A stretch of 64,000 bases of DNA, from the sequence record MK250017.1; one strand, written 5' to 3'. Under the pieces are notes generated by a model that saw only the letters and a list, made by a program, of their open reading frames with translations, was not told the DNA's origin and ran no database searches. A program made the translations under genes and the position numbers. Shown here piece after piece: positions 36,050 through 50,100 of this stretch (the stretch's first letter is position 1; each line of letters opens with the position of its first letter).

Positions 36050-38899
36050 TTATTTACGTAAATATTGTGCTTTTGATTTTCTTGATAATGATTCTATTCT
36101 AGTAAGTCTCTATCGCATATCAATAGATGGATCTACAATAGATGCAAATTCTCTTTGAATACTTTCAGCTTTAGGAACCTTTAATGCTTTTATAACAGTT
36201 TTGAAATTATCTAATTTCATATTTTCTTTCTTTAATTCATTAATTTCCTTGTTTAATTTTGCTATATATGCATTTACAAGTGATTGAATAGGTACTTGTT
36301 CAATAGAGTCTAATTTACCATAAAATGTATTCTTTAATCTATCTAATATTGCAATTAATGGTGTTAATATAGATATAGGTTGATCTGATACATTTACATA
36401 TAAAATAATAGGCCATGGATACATTCCACGTATACCGATACCAAATACCATAATTATACCAAATATTGGTATATATACTGATTTAATAGCTATGAATATA
36501 CATGGTAATGGAATACACTAAATGAATGGAAATATGTCTAATCCACAATTCCAGAATGTTGGAACAATACATATAAGTGTTGCTAATGCAAAATATTTTT
36601 TCCAATATGGATAATCTTTAATCGTAATTGCATTTATATCATCTGGCGGTAATTGTTCATGTTTATTCATTTCATCCAATGCCCAGTTTTCATCAACCGG
36701 ATATTCATCTGGTATTTCTGGAAATTCAACTTCTTCAGGAAAACTGTAATCACCTATACTTATATCATTTATTGAACTATCTAAATCGGCAGGATATATA
36801 TTTTCAAATAAGTAATGTTGATAATATATGTTATCGATTGTAATATCCTAAGGAGTTGGCCACTATGCATATTCATCCATTTTATCAGCAAGATTTATTA
36901 ATAAATTATAGCATTTATCATATGTACAATCTTCATATTCTTTAATAACTTTATCCCAAAATGCTCTTATCTTTTTTGACTCTTCCTATACTAATTCTAA
37001 ATATATATACGGTTTATCTTTATCAGTTTCTTTATAAGGATTTTTCTAACTATCATATGATTTTATATATGTATACATAGTAGCTAACTATGAACATATT
37101 TCATTTGGTGCGTCAGAATCTTCATCAGAATCATATTTATATAATGAAGCGATATAATCATATATTTGTTTATATTCATTATCACCTGTATATTTTTCAC
37201 CTGCATTCTGAATAGCTTCATCATCTAATTCCTAACCGTATTTCTCTTTATTATCGACTGTAAACTATTTAGTTATCTTTTCTTTATATGCTTTATTCTC
37301 ATTCTATACATATGATGATATTAACTATTTAAATTTGTTAAATTCCTATTTAATTTTAGTTTCTGATACATTTTTTCCATTGATATTATTAAATATATGT
37401 TTAACATTATCATTGAATAAATTCATAAAATCTAACATCAAATCAGAATCTTTTCTCTATTCAACAATTACGCGTTTATTTATAATATCTGTTATAAGAT
37501 TATAAAATTCCTATGAATACTTATCGGATGTTCCTGGTAATAAATTAATATTAGTTAATAAACTATAATAATAATTCTGATAACTATCAGCATCACCAAT
37601 AGGTATATATGAAAAATCATCATCATATTGCTTTACATTTTTATATACGTCTGAATCAATATGCTCATTAATAAGAAATTTACAGTCTGTATAATTTTTA
37701 TCATATTTACATAATGGTAATGTATCCAATGATTTATATATTTTAATAATATCATTTACATATTTTTCACGCGCATCTAATAATCGCTTACTTTCTTTCT
37801 GTATTGCTTCATAAGGATTACTTGCTGTTTTAATTCTATTTGTTTGTCTATATGCCTTATCTTTAATTTCTCTTTTTACCTTCTTTCTTTTCCTCTTTTT
37901 CTTTGCACGTTTTCTCCATGATTTCATATCTGACTTTGTTACATCCTCTGCTATAATAGATGAACCGAATTCATCTTGAGACTCATTTAAATTCATCATA
38001 ATAGAAGTATCAAAGATTGTTACACCAGTATTTAATTTATCATTTACAATGTCAAATGTAAACAAAGATGTGTCATATTTTTTATTATTCTTAAATCCTT
38101 CCTTTTTATTCGCATTAATTATAGAAATATCTAAATTATCATAACTTATATCAGATGAATCAAGATACCAACCGGAATAATATTGATAATTACCACTTAT
38201 TGTATTTTTACGTGTATATGTACCTCTATATCTTCGTGCTAATACGCAAGGTAATAAAGACTAACATAAATTATTTGTTATTAATGCATATAAATATCCT
38301 TCTTTCTGAAATTCATTATTAACTGCTGATATATCTTCAACAACATTAAAATCTTCATTCATTCCAAGTAATGTATTTTCCAATACAATATGTCTGTTAC
38401 ATTTTGATGGATATAATCTGAAATAATCTTCACCATTATTTGATGACATTACACGTCCTTTTTCAAATATTGATTTTAACGGTTTCATTTTTCCGTCTTG
38501 CTTTACAGAACCTATTATAGTATTGTTATCTATAGTATCACCAGGTTTTATATTTAATGTATATTCAACTGGTGTCGGATCTTTAACAGTTGCATCTGAA
38601 AATTCAATTATAACTCTTGTACTTGTATCTATATCAGATAAAATATCAGGTACCTCTTCAGATGGAGTTACAATAAGTTTCCATAAATCTTTATCATTAT
38701 ATAAATTCTATAATACTGATAAATCAGTAGAACCAACAATATCTTTAAAATCTGTTGTTATATCAGATTTTGCATAATCGACTGCACATAAATTTATATC
38801 ATTAAGATTTATAGTCTGCTATCCTTCAATTTCATCTGTATCTATCGTTAATGCCTTTGTTATTAAGTCATCTAAATATATTTTCTCTTCTTTTGTCAT
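36050..38899 (-). CDS. Hypothetical protein, 949 aa, TAG=Gln
   Basis: Fragments 38261, 37511 and 36110 are in frame. ATG overlaps the upstream TGA (ATGA). N-terminal NIKPGDTIDNNTIIGSV, hydrophobic Pro/Cys-rich C-terminus. Confidence 0.85.
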
Positions 38900-41568
38900 G
38901 TGTATAAATCATAATCTTTTCCGTAACATCTTAATATCTGACTACCATACAATGGTAATGATGAATCAGAATAATAAATTTCTGTATCTGCATCCTCAAC
39001 TTTATCTAATCCTAATAAAGTACCGTCTTGATATTTTGAATCAGGATATTGAACAAATAAAGATGCATCATCAAAATAATTTCCTGCTTTATCTAAATCT
39101 TTTTTCATTGCATTTCTCTATTCTGTTATTGCATCTTGATCAATATAAAGAATAGTTGGCAAATCCTATTTTATTATTTCATAATTAGATTTAGCATTTT
39201 TTAAATATAAATAAAGTTTTCTTGTATCAGGAATACCAATATTAATTTCAACATTTGTACCTATACTTGTTATACTATTAGTTATATAATCATATAATTT
39301 TAAAGAACGAACTGTATAGAAATTTGTTTTTGATTTATTTGCTTTTTTAAATAATTTATTAATTGCAGCAATTACTTTTACCATACCTAATAGATTTCCC
39401 GATGAATTCGCTTCTACTTTTGCCTTATTGATTTTATAATTCCTAATTAATTTTAGTATAACTTTTAATTGTGGAAATATTTCTTTTAATATAGAAAATA
39501 ATTCATGAACTAATTGAAATGTAGGTCTTTTAGTTGCTTTTGTTGGATCACCTGTATATTCTTCTTCTACAATACCTAATTCAAATTTTGATATTGCTTC
39601 TTCTGCTTCTTTTTTCTTTGCAGTTTCCTAAGCAATTCTATTTGCTTCATCTATTGCATTTTTTTGTTCACTTAACGTTTTATTAAAACCTTCTAATTCA
39701 AAATGGATTTTAAATGTAAATTCTAATAATTCAATAGTCTAATCTTTTCTCATTACATAACCTTCATCTATTGCATTTATAATAGACAACACAGATGAAG
39801 AGTCAAATATTTTCGTTCCATCTTTTTGATGTGCATTTGATAAAACTTTTGTTAACTATTTTTTTGCTTTCTTTGTTGTCGGATCTGCATATATATTAAG
39901 AGTCATTGTAAACGTATTTAAATCGTTCGTGAAGTCATATAAATGTTCTGCCTTTATTTCTGCACTAATTGTTGTATTGGAAGCGATGTCGGTTGCGATA
40001 TGAAGTCCTGATGAGATTGCTTGAGCTTCTATCTGATTCTATAAACTTGTTAAATTACCTGAGAATTGATTAATTCCATCTTGAATTGCTTTTTCTAATG
40101 AAATAACTGCTCCATCAGAATCAAGTCCCATTTCAACAAGCATATCCATGAAATCTTCAAATGAATCTATACCATCACTTAAAACATCTAAATCAACATT
40201 ATTAAATTGACTTATTAACATTTTAATTTCATCTATTGAATCTTTTATCTGTATTATAATAAAGGAATTATATATTAAATCAGATGCGCGCGATAATTCA
40301 TCCATTAGTGATTGTTTTATAATATCTGGATCAACATCCACATTTATTTTTGATGATACAGTACCACCAGAAGAATGCTGAATACCTGTTTCTTTTTCTT
40401 GCTCTTCTTGTTCTTTTTTCCTACGTTTTTGTTCTTTACACGCTTCTTTCCATGCCTTATACTTATGAATATAATCTGAACACATATAATATAATTCAGG
40501 TAATGTATATCCTGTATATTTAATACATTGTTCATTTATCATTACCCATATAGTATTCATCAAAAGTTCCTATGCATCTTTTAACACTTCTTGCATTGAA
40601 GGTAAATTTGTAATTGCATCATTTATTGTTTCATAATATTCATTTTCTAAGTCATTATAAATTGCTATATACATATCTTTCAATGATGTACAAATACTAC
40701 CTATTGCTACTTTTGCACTTGGTAACATCTGAATATTCTTTGGAAACATTTTAATAATACCAGTGATATTAAATAATGTAGAATCCATAAGATTGAGAAT
40801 AGACTATGCCATACCTAATGTTTCCTAATTAATACCTAAGTTATTCATTAAATTACTAGCACCTCCTGCAATTAAAGACTATATAGTAACTTCAAGATAT
40901 TGTGTTACTGCATCAGTAATTGCGCCAGATATTGCCATACCTGGCGCCTAGTTTATGTCAAGGTTATCAAGATCGACCTATTCTGCTTCTTCTACATTGC
41001 CAAATTCATCAACTTTTGTTATAGCTTTCTTTTCACCATATTTAGTTAAATCATTGTAAAAATTTGTATATGCTTTAATTAATTTCGGATGAGTCTATGT
41101 AATTTTTTTATATTTAGAAAATTCTGTATTTAAGTCATTTAACTATTCTTTATAATTCTTTACAATTTGTTTAAGATTAGTTGTTAGAGCTGAATGTGGA
41201 TCTTGTTTTTTTGCTTCTTCATATTGATCTTGATATTCTGTTAATTCACTGTTTACTTTATTAATTTCAGTTTGTAATGCGTTAACCCATGATTCTGCAT
41301 CTTTTAATTCAGTTTTATAATATTCTATTCTTAATTTTGCAGTTTCTACTTTCTTCGCATATGGAAGTGTGTCATCAAACTGAACAATACCTACATCAAT
41401 GATACCATAATCATATGCATTAATATCAACCATTTCAACGGTTGTCTTATGTTGACCTTTTTTCATATCTTCGGTATCAACTGTACCTGCAGACATTTTT
41501 TTATTTGAAAAGAAATCATAAGAATTACCAGGTGAATTTGTTAAATCTATATCTAATATTGTTGCCAT
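38896..41568 (-). CDS. Hypothetical helical/coiled-coil protein, 890 aa, TAG=Gln
   Basis: Five track fragments in one frame joined by TAG. Start MATILDIDL at 41568, TGA at 38896. Confidence 0.85.
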
Positions 41569-41570
41569 AA

Positions 41571-42233
41571 TTAAAATACCTTTTCTTTTTGCATCATTGT
41601 TTTTAATGCCCAATACGAATCTACAAGATCATCAATACCTGCTATATAATTTGTTTTTGCTTTCATATAACCATTTGCAAGACAAAGACGAAGTTTTATA
41701 TCATTATTCTACGCGATGTATTTTTTTATCATCTTTGTTTTATCTGCGCAATCTTCTTTTGATGAACAACCTGCAGTTGCTTTGAGTGTGATAGGAGAAT
41801 ATGTATAAAGTCTTGTCAGATGATCACCATAATGTTCATATATTTTTGATAATAATACTCCTTTATATGTCGCGAGATTAAGTGTAGCATCACCTTTTGA
41901 TGCATATGATAATCCTTCTGAACATACATATAATTCATAATCTGTTAATTCGAATTTATTTGTTATTAAATCATCAATATCATTTATAATTAAATTTGCT
42001 AAATCAGTAGACCTGATAGTATGAATAAGAACTAACTGTGAATTCTCTACTGTTTTTGTATCAACTGACGACATATTTCTATTAACTATTGAAACATCAG
42101 CATCTTCATACATTTTCTATTGTTTATTAGTTATTTTCAAAGGCCAAAAATAATGATAATACTAACCTCTGAAATATATTGTAGCTGCTGGTTTATTCAT
42201 TGAAAAATCAAATCCTATTAAAACTTTATCCAT
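41571..42233 (-). CDS. RuvC-like Holliday junction resolvase, 220 aa, TAG=Gln
   Basis: LIGFDFS (Asp), CSEGLSY (Glu), YSPITLKATAG, IDDLVDSYW (Asp..Asp). Three TAG read through. Confidence 0.8.
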
Positions 42234-42388
42234 TTAAATTAAAAATACTTTTTTGTTATTTATTATTTGTATATGACATACCATATATTATACAAAAAAT
42301 TGTTAATTATGTTTTTATAAAATGGTTATGTATGATAACATACCGTATTCCATTGAGGCGTATAGATACTGAAAATAAGAATTAAAAC

Positions 42389-43243
42389 ATGGCAACAAAA
42401 TATAATAAATTTTACCAACAAACATTTAATATTTCCACAACAATGACAAGCGCAACTTTTTTATTAACATATAATCTAAATTATAATTTTTCATTAACTG
42501 ATGATGAAAAATTATATTATCGTGTATTTTTTGGTTTAAATGATAAAGAAGATAATACATATAATGGAAAACTTACATTTGTTCCAAACTCTTCTGAATT
42601 TATGGTAACAGAAAGTTCAAAAAAAATAGATAATATAAAAATAAATCTAACGAATGTTGATAATACAAAAACAGCAGCAGAAATTTATATTACATATTCG
42701 TTTAATAATTTAACCGATTTTTTAGGAAAAACTTATTCTATAAAATATAATAATAAAACTTTTTTATATTTAAATTTTTTGATGTATAAAATATTAGTTT
42801 TTTCTAATCAGAAAACACCTTCAACTGGTTATCATGAAAATATATTCTTTGTCTTCGCACTACACAATGTATAGTTACCACATTCTATTCCAACTGAACA
42901 AATATCAAATAAAATTTCTGATGATAATGATATTTTACTTTTTTGTGATTATTTTCAAGGATATTTTTATTATAATGCATAGAGATATTTATATAACTAG
43001 CAAGATGATGAAAATTAGTTAATATACAAAAATTATACAGATTTTATGCCCACTGGCGAATCTAATTATGCATTAATGCCTAAACACTGTTTTGCATATA
43101 ATGGTATAAATTATACTGTTACAGACTTATTTCCACAATGTCATTTTTATGTTTATACATATTCTGAAAATGAATCTTCATTTTTTTGTGAAATAAATTT
43201 TGATAATATTTCTAATAAAGGAGAATATTATTTATTCAAATGA
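42389..43243 (+). CDS. Hypothetical protein, 284 aa, TAG=Gln
   Basis: Track ORFs 42389 and 43046 are in frame across 4 TAG. Ends TGATAA. Confidence 0.75.
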
Positions 43244-43290
43244 TAATATCATATTTTCATGAATAAATAAGTTAAATGAAAATAATTTGA

Positions 43291-44508
43291 ATGTAGACAG
43301 CTTAGGTTAGACAACAATATACAAGAGATGGTAAGCCAGTTTCTTTGGCGACTTGTATAGAAACTCTATATTTTGAATAGACATATAATGGTTAGGTTTA
43401 TCGTACATCTCTTAATAACAGATTATTAGTAGTAGGAAATAAGTTAAATTCAGTTTCAAAAACAAATATCTCGGAATCATTAAATAAGGCATAGTTACCT
43501 TTCTATTATATAACAAAGATTGAATCTGATACTGCATCAGGTTTATACAGACTCGATGTTTCTCTTTATGCGATAGATACTGCAGTTCGCGCGACAGAAG
43601 TAATTGATGAAATTAAAACAACAATAGATAATAATTTAAATAATCTTAATACTTCAATTAATAATGTAAATGCAAAAATTGACAGTTTTCAAAGATATAA
43701 TGCATCTACATATCTTCCGTTAACAGGTGGAAGAATGTCTGGAGGTATCGTATTCGGAATGAAAGGTGGTGAAGAAAAGATTCAAGAACTTCCTGGTATT
43801 GGTTATAATGGTTAGAATCTCGTATTATCATGCCCTGATTCTGGATATATTTCATTTTGGGGTTCACTTTCAAATGAATATGGTGCAAATACACCAGGTA
43901 TTACATGGTTAAAACCAACTATTACAGAAAATGGTAAAGTTCCTGTATTTAATTATGCGAATAATCAGTTAATGTGGAAAACATATAATGCCGGTTCACT
44001 TTCATATACAACTGCTGATTATAAGAAATATTATATTCTCGGTATTACAGAAGATTCATATAATGGACGTGATATTGGTGAAACAAAATATATTGCAGAT
44101 GATGGTAATATTGAAACAAATGTTTATGTATCAAGAAAGAATGTATATGCAAATGCGTTTTATGCATCATCTGATATTGAATTGAAAACAGACGTTAAGC
44201 ATATTGATGCATCTACATATATTCCTGATGTTATTCAATTCCGATGGCTCGATACTTCTGAACTTTCTTATGGATTTATTGCACAGGATCTAGAAGAACA
44301 CGGGCTTTCTTATTTAATGGATAAAGATGATCTTAAACATTGGCGTGTTAACTATTCTGCTGCTATTTCATTAGTTGTCGGAGATCTGTAGAAATCAAAG
44401 AAAGACCATGAATAGAGAATTTCAGATTTAGAGACAGAAAATAAGAATTTAAAGAAAACATTAGAAAAACTTGAAAAAAGACTAGAAAAATTAGAAAAAA
44501 GTAAGTAA
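43291..44508 (+). CDS. Tail fibre protein with peptidase S74 chaperone domain, 405 aa, TAG=Gln
   Basis: YLPLTGGRMSG fibre motif; SSDIELKTDVK...YGFIAQDLE...VNY followed by a coiled coil. The first ATG after an in-frame TGA is followed directly by TAG (start inferred). Confidence 0.8.
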
Positions 44509-44510
44509 AA

Positions 44511-46427
44511 ATGGCATCAATTTATGATTTAAAAATATTCAAGCTAAACCGCCTTAAGTATGAGGAATTATGGAATGATGCTATTGCATGGGTGAAAAAA
44601 ACATACAATGTATCTGAACAACAGTTTACAATGGCTTCACCTTTTGCATAGTTACTTTCTGTAATTTTACATCTCGGACGAATGATTTTCTATTACATAG
44701 AAGATTCAATAACAGGTTTAAATATAAAAACAGCATATAGACCTGATCAAATCAGAGGTTTAGCAAGATTAACAGGACATAATGCAGGTAGAGCAATTGC
44801 TGCTCGCGGTGCAGTTAAAATTGTTTATTATGATACTGGTAATCAAGATTTAAATGGTAATGTATGTTTCATACCAAATAGAACAAAATTATTATGCGCG
44901 ATTAATGGTGCAACATATACTGTACTATTTGGTGCTGATACTGCATAGATAACAATGACTGCTGGTAATTATATAACAGCAACAATTATACAAGGCACAG
45001 TAAAATATCAGGCTGCAACATCAACCGGTAATAAATGGCAATCATATAATTTTACTGAAAGAAATTATGCAGATATAGATGAGTATTTTATAAATGTATA
45101 TGTAAATGGTGAATTATGGGATAGAATAGAATCATTTATAGATGCTGGTTTTGATTAGAAAGCTTGTGTTGTTAAAACAGGTATAAACGGAGGTATTGAC
45201 GTTACATTTGGTGACGGTAAAATGGGTATGATTCCAGTTGAAGGCGCAACTATTTATGTTGAATATATTGTTACTGATGGTGTAACCGGTAATCTTCCAA
45301 AACAGATATTAGATTAGGATCAGTATTTTGAAATACAAGGAACAGGTTATGCAACAGATGGTTCTGAAATTTCACTTGCTGATAATTTTAAAGTTCAATG
45401 TGATACAGACGTAATATTCGGTTCTGAAGCAGAAGATATTCGACTTACATAGTTAATTGCTCCACATACATCCAGATCATTTGTTCTCGCGAATGAAATT
45501 AATTACAGATATTTCTTTAAGAGAATGAATATGTTTTCTACTATAGAAATTATAAAAGGATATACATAGAAGCAAGCTAATTATATGGCATAGCTTAATT
45601 ATGATGTATATAATACAATGTATAAAAATACATTTAGTGATTGGTAGGATGCTGTTTCTGTATATGGAGAACAATCAGATGAAGCAAAAGAGTTATACAA
45701 CAATTTACAGGATATATTAAGTAAACGTAATTTTGCACAATAGCAAATAGAAGATACAGATCTTGCTGATAATACTGTATATCTTTTATTAATTCCTGAT
45801 TTAACTAAACGTATTTCATCATCATCAAATTATTTTACTGTTGATGAATCTGTATTTACATTATCTACAGATGAACAGAATAATATTATTAATTTAATTG
45901 ATAATTCAGGTTAGAAAATAATTACAGTAGAAAATAAAATACTTGAACCAAAAACACCAAGATTTGCAGTTAATACATAGGTAAAAATATGGGAAGGCTA
46001 TAATTTATAGAGTATATATTCTGCATGTTTAAATGCGTTATCTAATTACCTTATAAAGTTTACGCGCAAAGATATTATTCCGTTATCTGATATTACTGCA
46101 TTATTTGAAGCAATAGATGGTATCGATTCAGTAAAAGTATGGTTTGATGCAGACGTTGAAAATGAAAATATATATTGTGAAAGAGGTTTTTATGGTATTG
46201 ATTCTTATGGTGATATTATTTTAACAAGAACATATCAAGATTATAATGGGAATTCAAAGGATGTTAGAGATATATTACCATTGATACGCGGTGGATTTAC
46301 TTCACCTGATGGCGTTGAATATTCGGATACACAATCATTAGATTCATTATCTGCATTTAATATGCAGTTAATAGGTTATACACAAAATAATAAATTAACA
46401 TTAGAAAACTTTAAGACAATAACATAA
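44511..46427 (+). CDS. Baseplate wedge subunit (T4 gp6-like), 638 aa, TAG=Gln
   Basis: DVTFGDGKMGMIPVEGATIYVEYIVTDGVTGN and FGSEAED...APH...FVLANE. Continuous frame to TAATAA. Confidence 0.8.
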
Positions 46428-46432
46428 TAATT

Positions 46433-46807
46433 ATGATTAGAGAATTATATTGTAAATTACCGACGGATCTTGATTATGAACCAATGGTTGAGTCTACTGA
46501 TGAAATATTTAATCTATTACAATAGATAAGAGTTGTTCTTGGTACAAAACCTGGAGAAGTTTTAGGAACACCAATGTTCGGTTGTAATCTTGAAAAATAC
46601 TTATTTAGAATGAATCTAGATAAAGATGAAATTCTTACAGCGATAAGATAGGAAATATTAGATTATGTATATTATGATTCTAATAAATGGAATTTATCTA
46701 TAGATGTTTTATTCGGAAAAAATGCGAATGATCCATATGAATATGCATTAATAGATATTAGTATAAATGAAAAGAAATGTTTAGGTATTATTGTAAATCA
46801 GCAATAA
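46433..46807 (+). CDS. Baseplate wedge protein (gp25/GPW-like), 124 aa, TAG=Gln
   Basis: LLQQIRVVLGTKPGEVLGTPMFGCNLEKYLF. Absent from the track. Confidence 0.85.
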
Positions 46808-46822
46808 TACATTATAAATAAT

Positions 46823-46859
46823 AAAAGAGGATAATTCAGAAATGAGTTATCCTCTTTTT
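46823..46859 (+). terminator. Rho-independent terminator
   Basis: AAAAGAGGATAA/TTATCCTCTTTT stem. Confidence 0.8.
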
Positions 46860-46901
46860 CTATAATAAATATCTAAAATAAAAGGAATATTTAGAAGAAC
46901 T

Positions 46902-47156
46902 ATGCCAAGATTTAAATATATTAATTCATTTACAGAGAAAGAAGATCATATATATGATGATTATAAAAACTTAGGTTATAACTATAAACATCATATATTA
47001 AAGAATGTTATATCACCTGAATTATTTGCGAATCCTATGAATGATGTTATTTTCAGACAAATAGAAAAATTATTTGAATTCCTTATAGATTCTGTTAAGC
47101 AAATAAAATTGGCATACGCATATACATATCCTAAAAATGCAACAAATTTAAATTGA
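46902..47156 (+). CDS. Hypothetical (possibly baseplate-associated) protein, 84 aa
   Basis: ATG..TGATAA, 10 nt upstream of the next gene. Confidence 0.7.
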   Translation: MPRFKYINSFTEKEDHIYDDYKNLGYNYKHHILKNVISPELFANPMNDVIFRQIEKLFEFLIDSVKQIKLAYAYTYPKNATNLN

Positions 47157-47166
47157 TAATTGAAAA

Positions 47167-50100
47167 ATGAGTAATATAGATCAAAGAGATAAATTAGTTT
47201 TTTATACAGAAAAAGGATATGAAATTCCCGTTGAAAAAACATATAGTATTCAATGGGAAATAATACCACATGTAAAGTTAAAATCATATTTTCTTCATAA
47301 TCCAAAAGGTCATTTCATGTATGATATTGATGATACAGATCATATATTAACTGTTGAATTTGATAATAAAGGTTTATTTAATTATGTTGATAATATAAAA
47401 GTTAATACTGGTATTATAAATAATGAAACAGGAAATTCTGTAGAATTTACCATTAATAATATTACTGAATTAATATTGTTTAATAAAGAATATACATATA
47501 AAAAATCAAAAGGAACAATATTTAATAGAAATGAAAAACGTTGGGAGGAAGATTTTGATGTTCTTAAGGGAAATATTTATAATACAGTAAGATTAACATT
47601 TAATACATTGGTTGGTTCAATTACATAGGATTATCCTGTAAATTATATATTCGAAACATGTACAGTAGAAAATAATAATAATTATAAAAATTTAACTAAT
47701 TTAACACTTACATTATTAGATAATAATAAAGAAGCGCTAGGTTAGAAAACATTTGTTAATTATCTTATTGTAAATAATTTTAATAATTATGAAGATTTAT
47801 TTCCATGTGTAAGGTATATAGGTTCAATTACATAGGATAAAGTTTCTACAGAATTCGTTGCTGCCAGCACATTTATAATATTAGATGAAAATGGTGATAG
47901 ACCTAATTTTAATATTGCAACAGATGAATATTATTTAAAATTTGAATTTCAGAAAGATTCTGAAATGAAATTTATTTCATCTGATAGTGTTGCTAATATT
48001 ATTTGGGAAGACTCACATGAAGTTAAGTCAAATATAACATAGGACGCACATAATCCTTTTGTTAAAGATACTAATATACCAATATATTTTTCTGTTGGTT
48101 TTCAGACAGCAGTAGAAGGATGCTATCAAAATATAATGGCAATGTATATTGTCAGCAATAAAACAAACAAGAAATATATTTTAGGTTTATTTACATTCTT
48201 AACTGAAGTAGTTGGTGAAGACGAAAGATATAGAGCATTATTAGGAAATCTCGGTATACCAGATCCTGTAAAATATCCAAATATATTTAAATCATAGGAT
48301 CCTGATGAACAAGGAGTTGATTGGACATTAATTAATGATAAGTCAAAAGAACTTATGATTAATTATGATAATATATTCCCATATGTTGGAACCTATAAAG
48401 CATTAATGGGAGCTATTAAATTCTTAGGATACGGTGATTTAATATTTAAAGAATGGTATAAAATAAAAGATTAGAATAATAAAGACAGATATGTAACTTT
48501 ATAGACATATGATTTATAGAAAGGTGAATCTTTAAATACAAAGTTAAAGAAAATAGGTGTTACATACGGTGAATTCGAACGTTATAAAAAAATAAACAGA
48601 TTATCAATGATATATCATCTTAATGAAATAGATGATGAAACAGGCGAATATCTTGATATGTATACACGTCGTCTCGATAATCCAGCAAAAGATAATCCTA
48701 CAACTGCACCAGAATCTGGTTTATATAAAGCATCATATAAAGATACGCATCATTAGGATTTATCAGATAACTTTACATAGAAACAATCTGTATTTTTCTA
48801 GTTACCTATAACAAAAACTATTTATGAATATAGAACAGATGAAATATTGGCAAAACTCTTTTCTGTTAAATAGTGGTTGGAAAAATATATTTTAGGAGTT
48901 AACTGTTTTATATCAGATATATGTGGAGAAGGTATAATAGTAGAACGTTTAAAAAATCAAGCTTATGTTACATAGCATCATCTTTAGGATATTACTACAA
49001 TATCTAAAGTGACTCCAAAGATTATAAAATATAATCCAAATATATATGTTTCACTTGATTCATCAAATAATGAAATTCATACAGATACTATATTAAATAC
49101 ATCTCATTTAGATTCATCAATAGATGATGAATGTATCAATGATATTTTATTTAGAAATTCAACAGCAATATTAAGATGTTCATTAAATGAATTTGATTCT
49201 TTAACAATTGGTGATTATGATGATTTCGAAATAGAAGATTTTATTATAGATACATCAACACCAAATGGTAGCATAGGAACTGTTTATATTTCCGCACCAT
49301 TGGAAACATTAGTAACTGTAAATGAATATCAATTTCAGTTAACAAATAAAAATGTATCTTCTGGAACACTTGCAGAATTTACAGATACAAGTTATATAAA
49401 CAATCCTATTCTTATATAGGATAATGAAATCTTATTTTATGATGATACAAAGAATTTCACAAAAATTGATAATAAAGAATTGCCTATTATAGAAATAACG
49501 CAAGGTAATTTAAGATACTGTCATGGTGATTGGAAATCTAATATCGCTTATTCTATAAATGTTGTTTCTGATTAGAAATCAGGAAAAGAATATTATGCAT
49601 TATATGAAACAGAAACAGATGAACCTGTTTATAAAGATTTTCAGAAAGTTATTTTATACCCAATGGAATCAGAAAGACATTATGATAAGTATAAATTATA
49701 TTGGGCATAGAGAACTGATAAGAAAATAAGTTCAAAACACTATAATGGATTAAATTCTGAATTTATATATACATCTTAGAATAAGTGGAATGTACCTCAG
49801 ATTATTATTCGTAATTATAAATGTGGTAATAATGATGAATTACTTCCAGGCGATTATATTCTTGAAATTATAGAAGGACGTATATTATTCAGAAATAAAC
49901 AATCTGATTTAAATATCAATAATGGTAAAGCATATGGATGTGAATTAGAATTCGGTGAAGAATTAGAAAGTAGTGAACAACCTATTAATGTAAATTATAC
50001 ATATATGTCTGATAGAGTTCCTATATATACTATAGATTCTTTAAATGATGTTTCAACATAGGAAGGTATAGAAAAATGTGTACATACAAACAAATATGTG

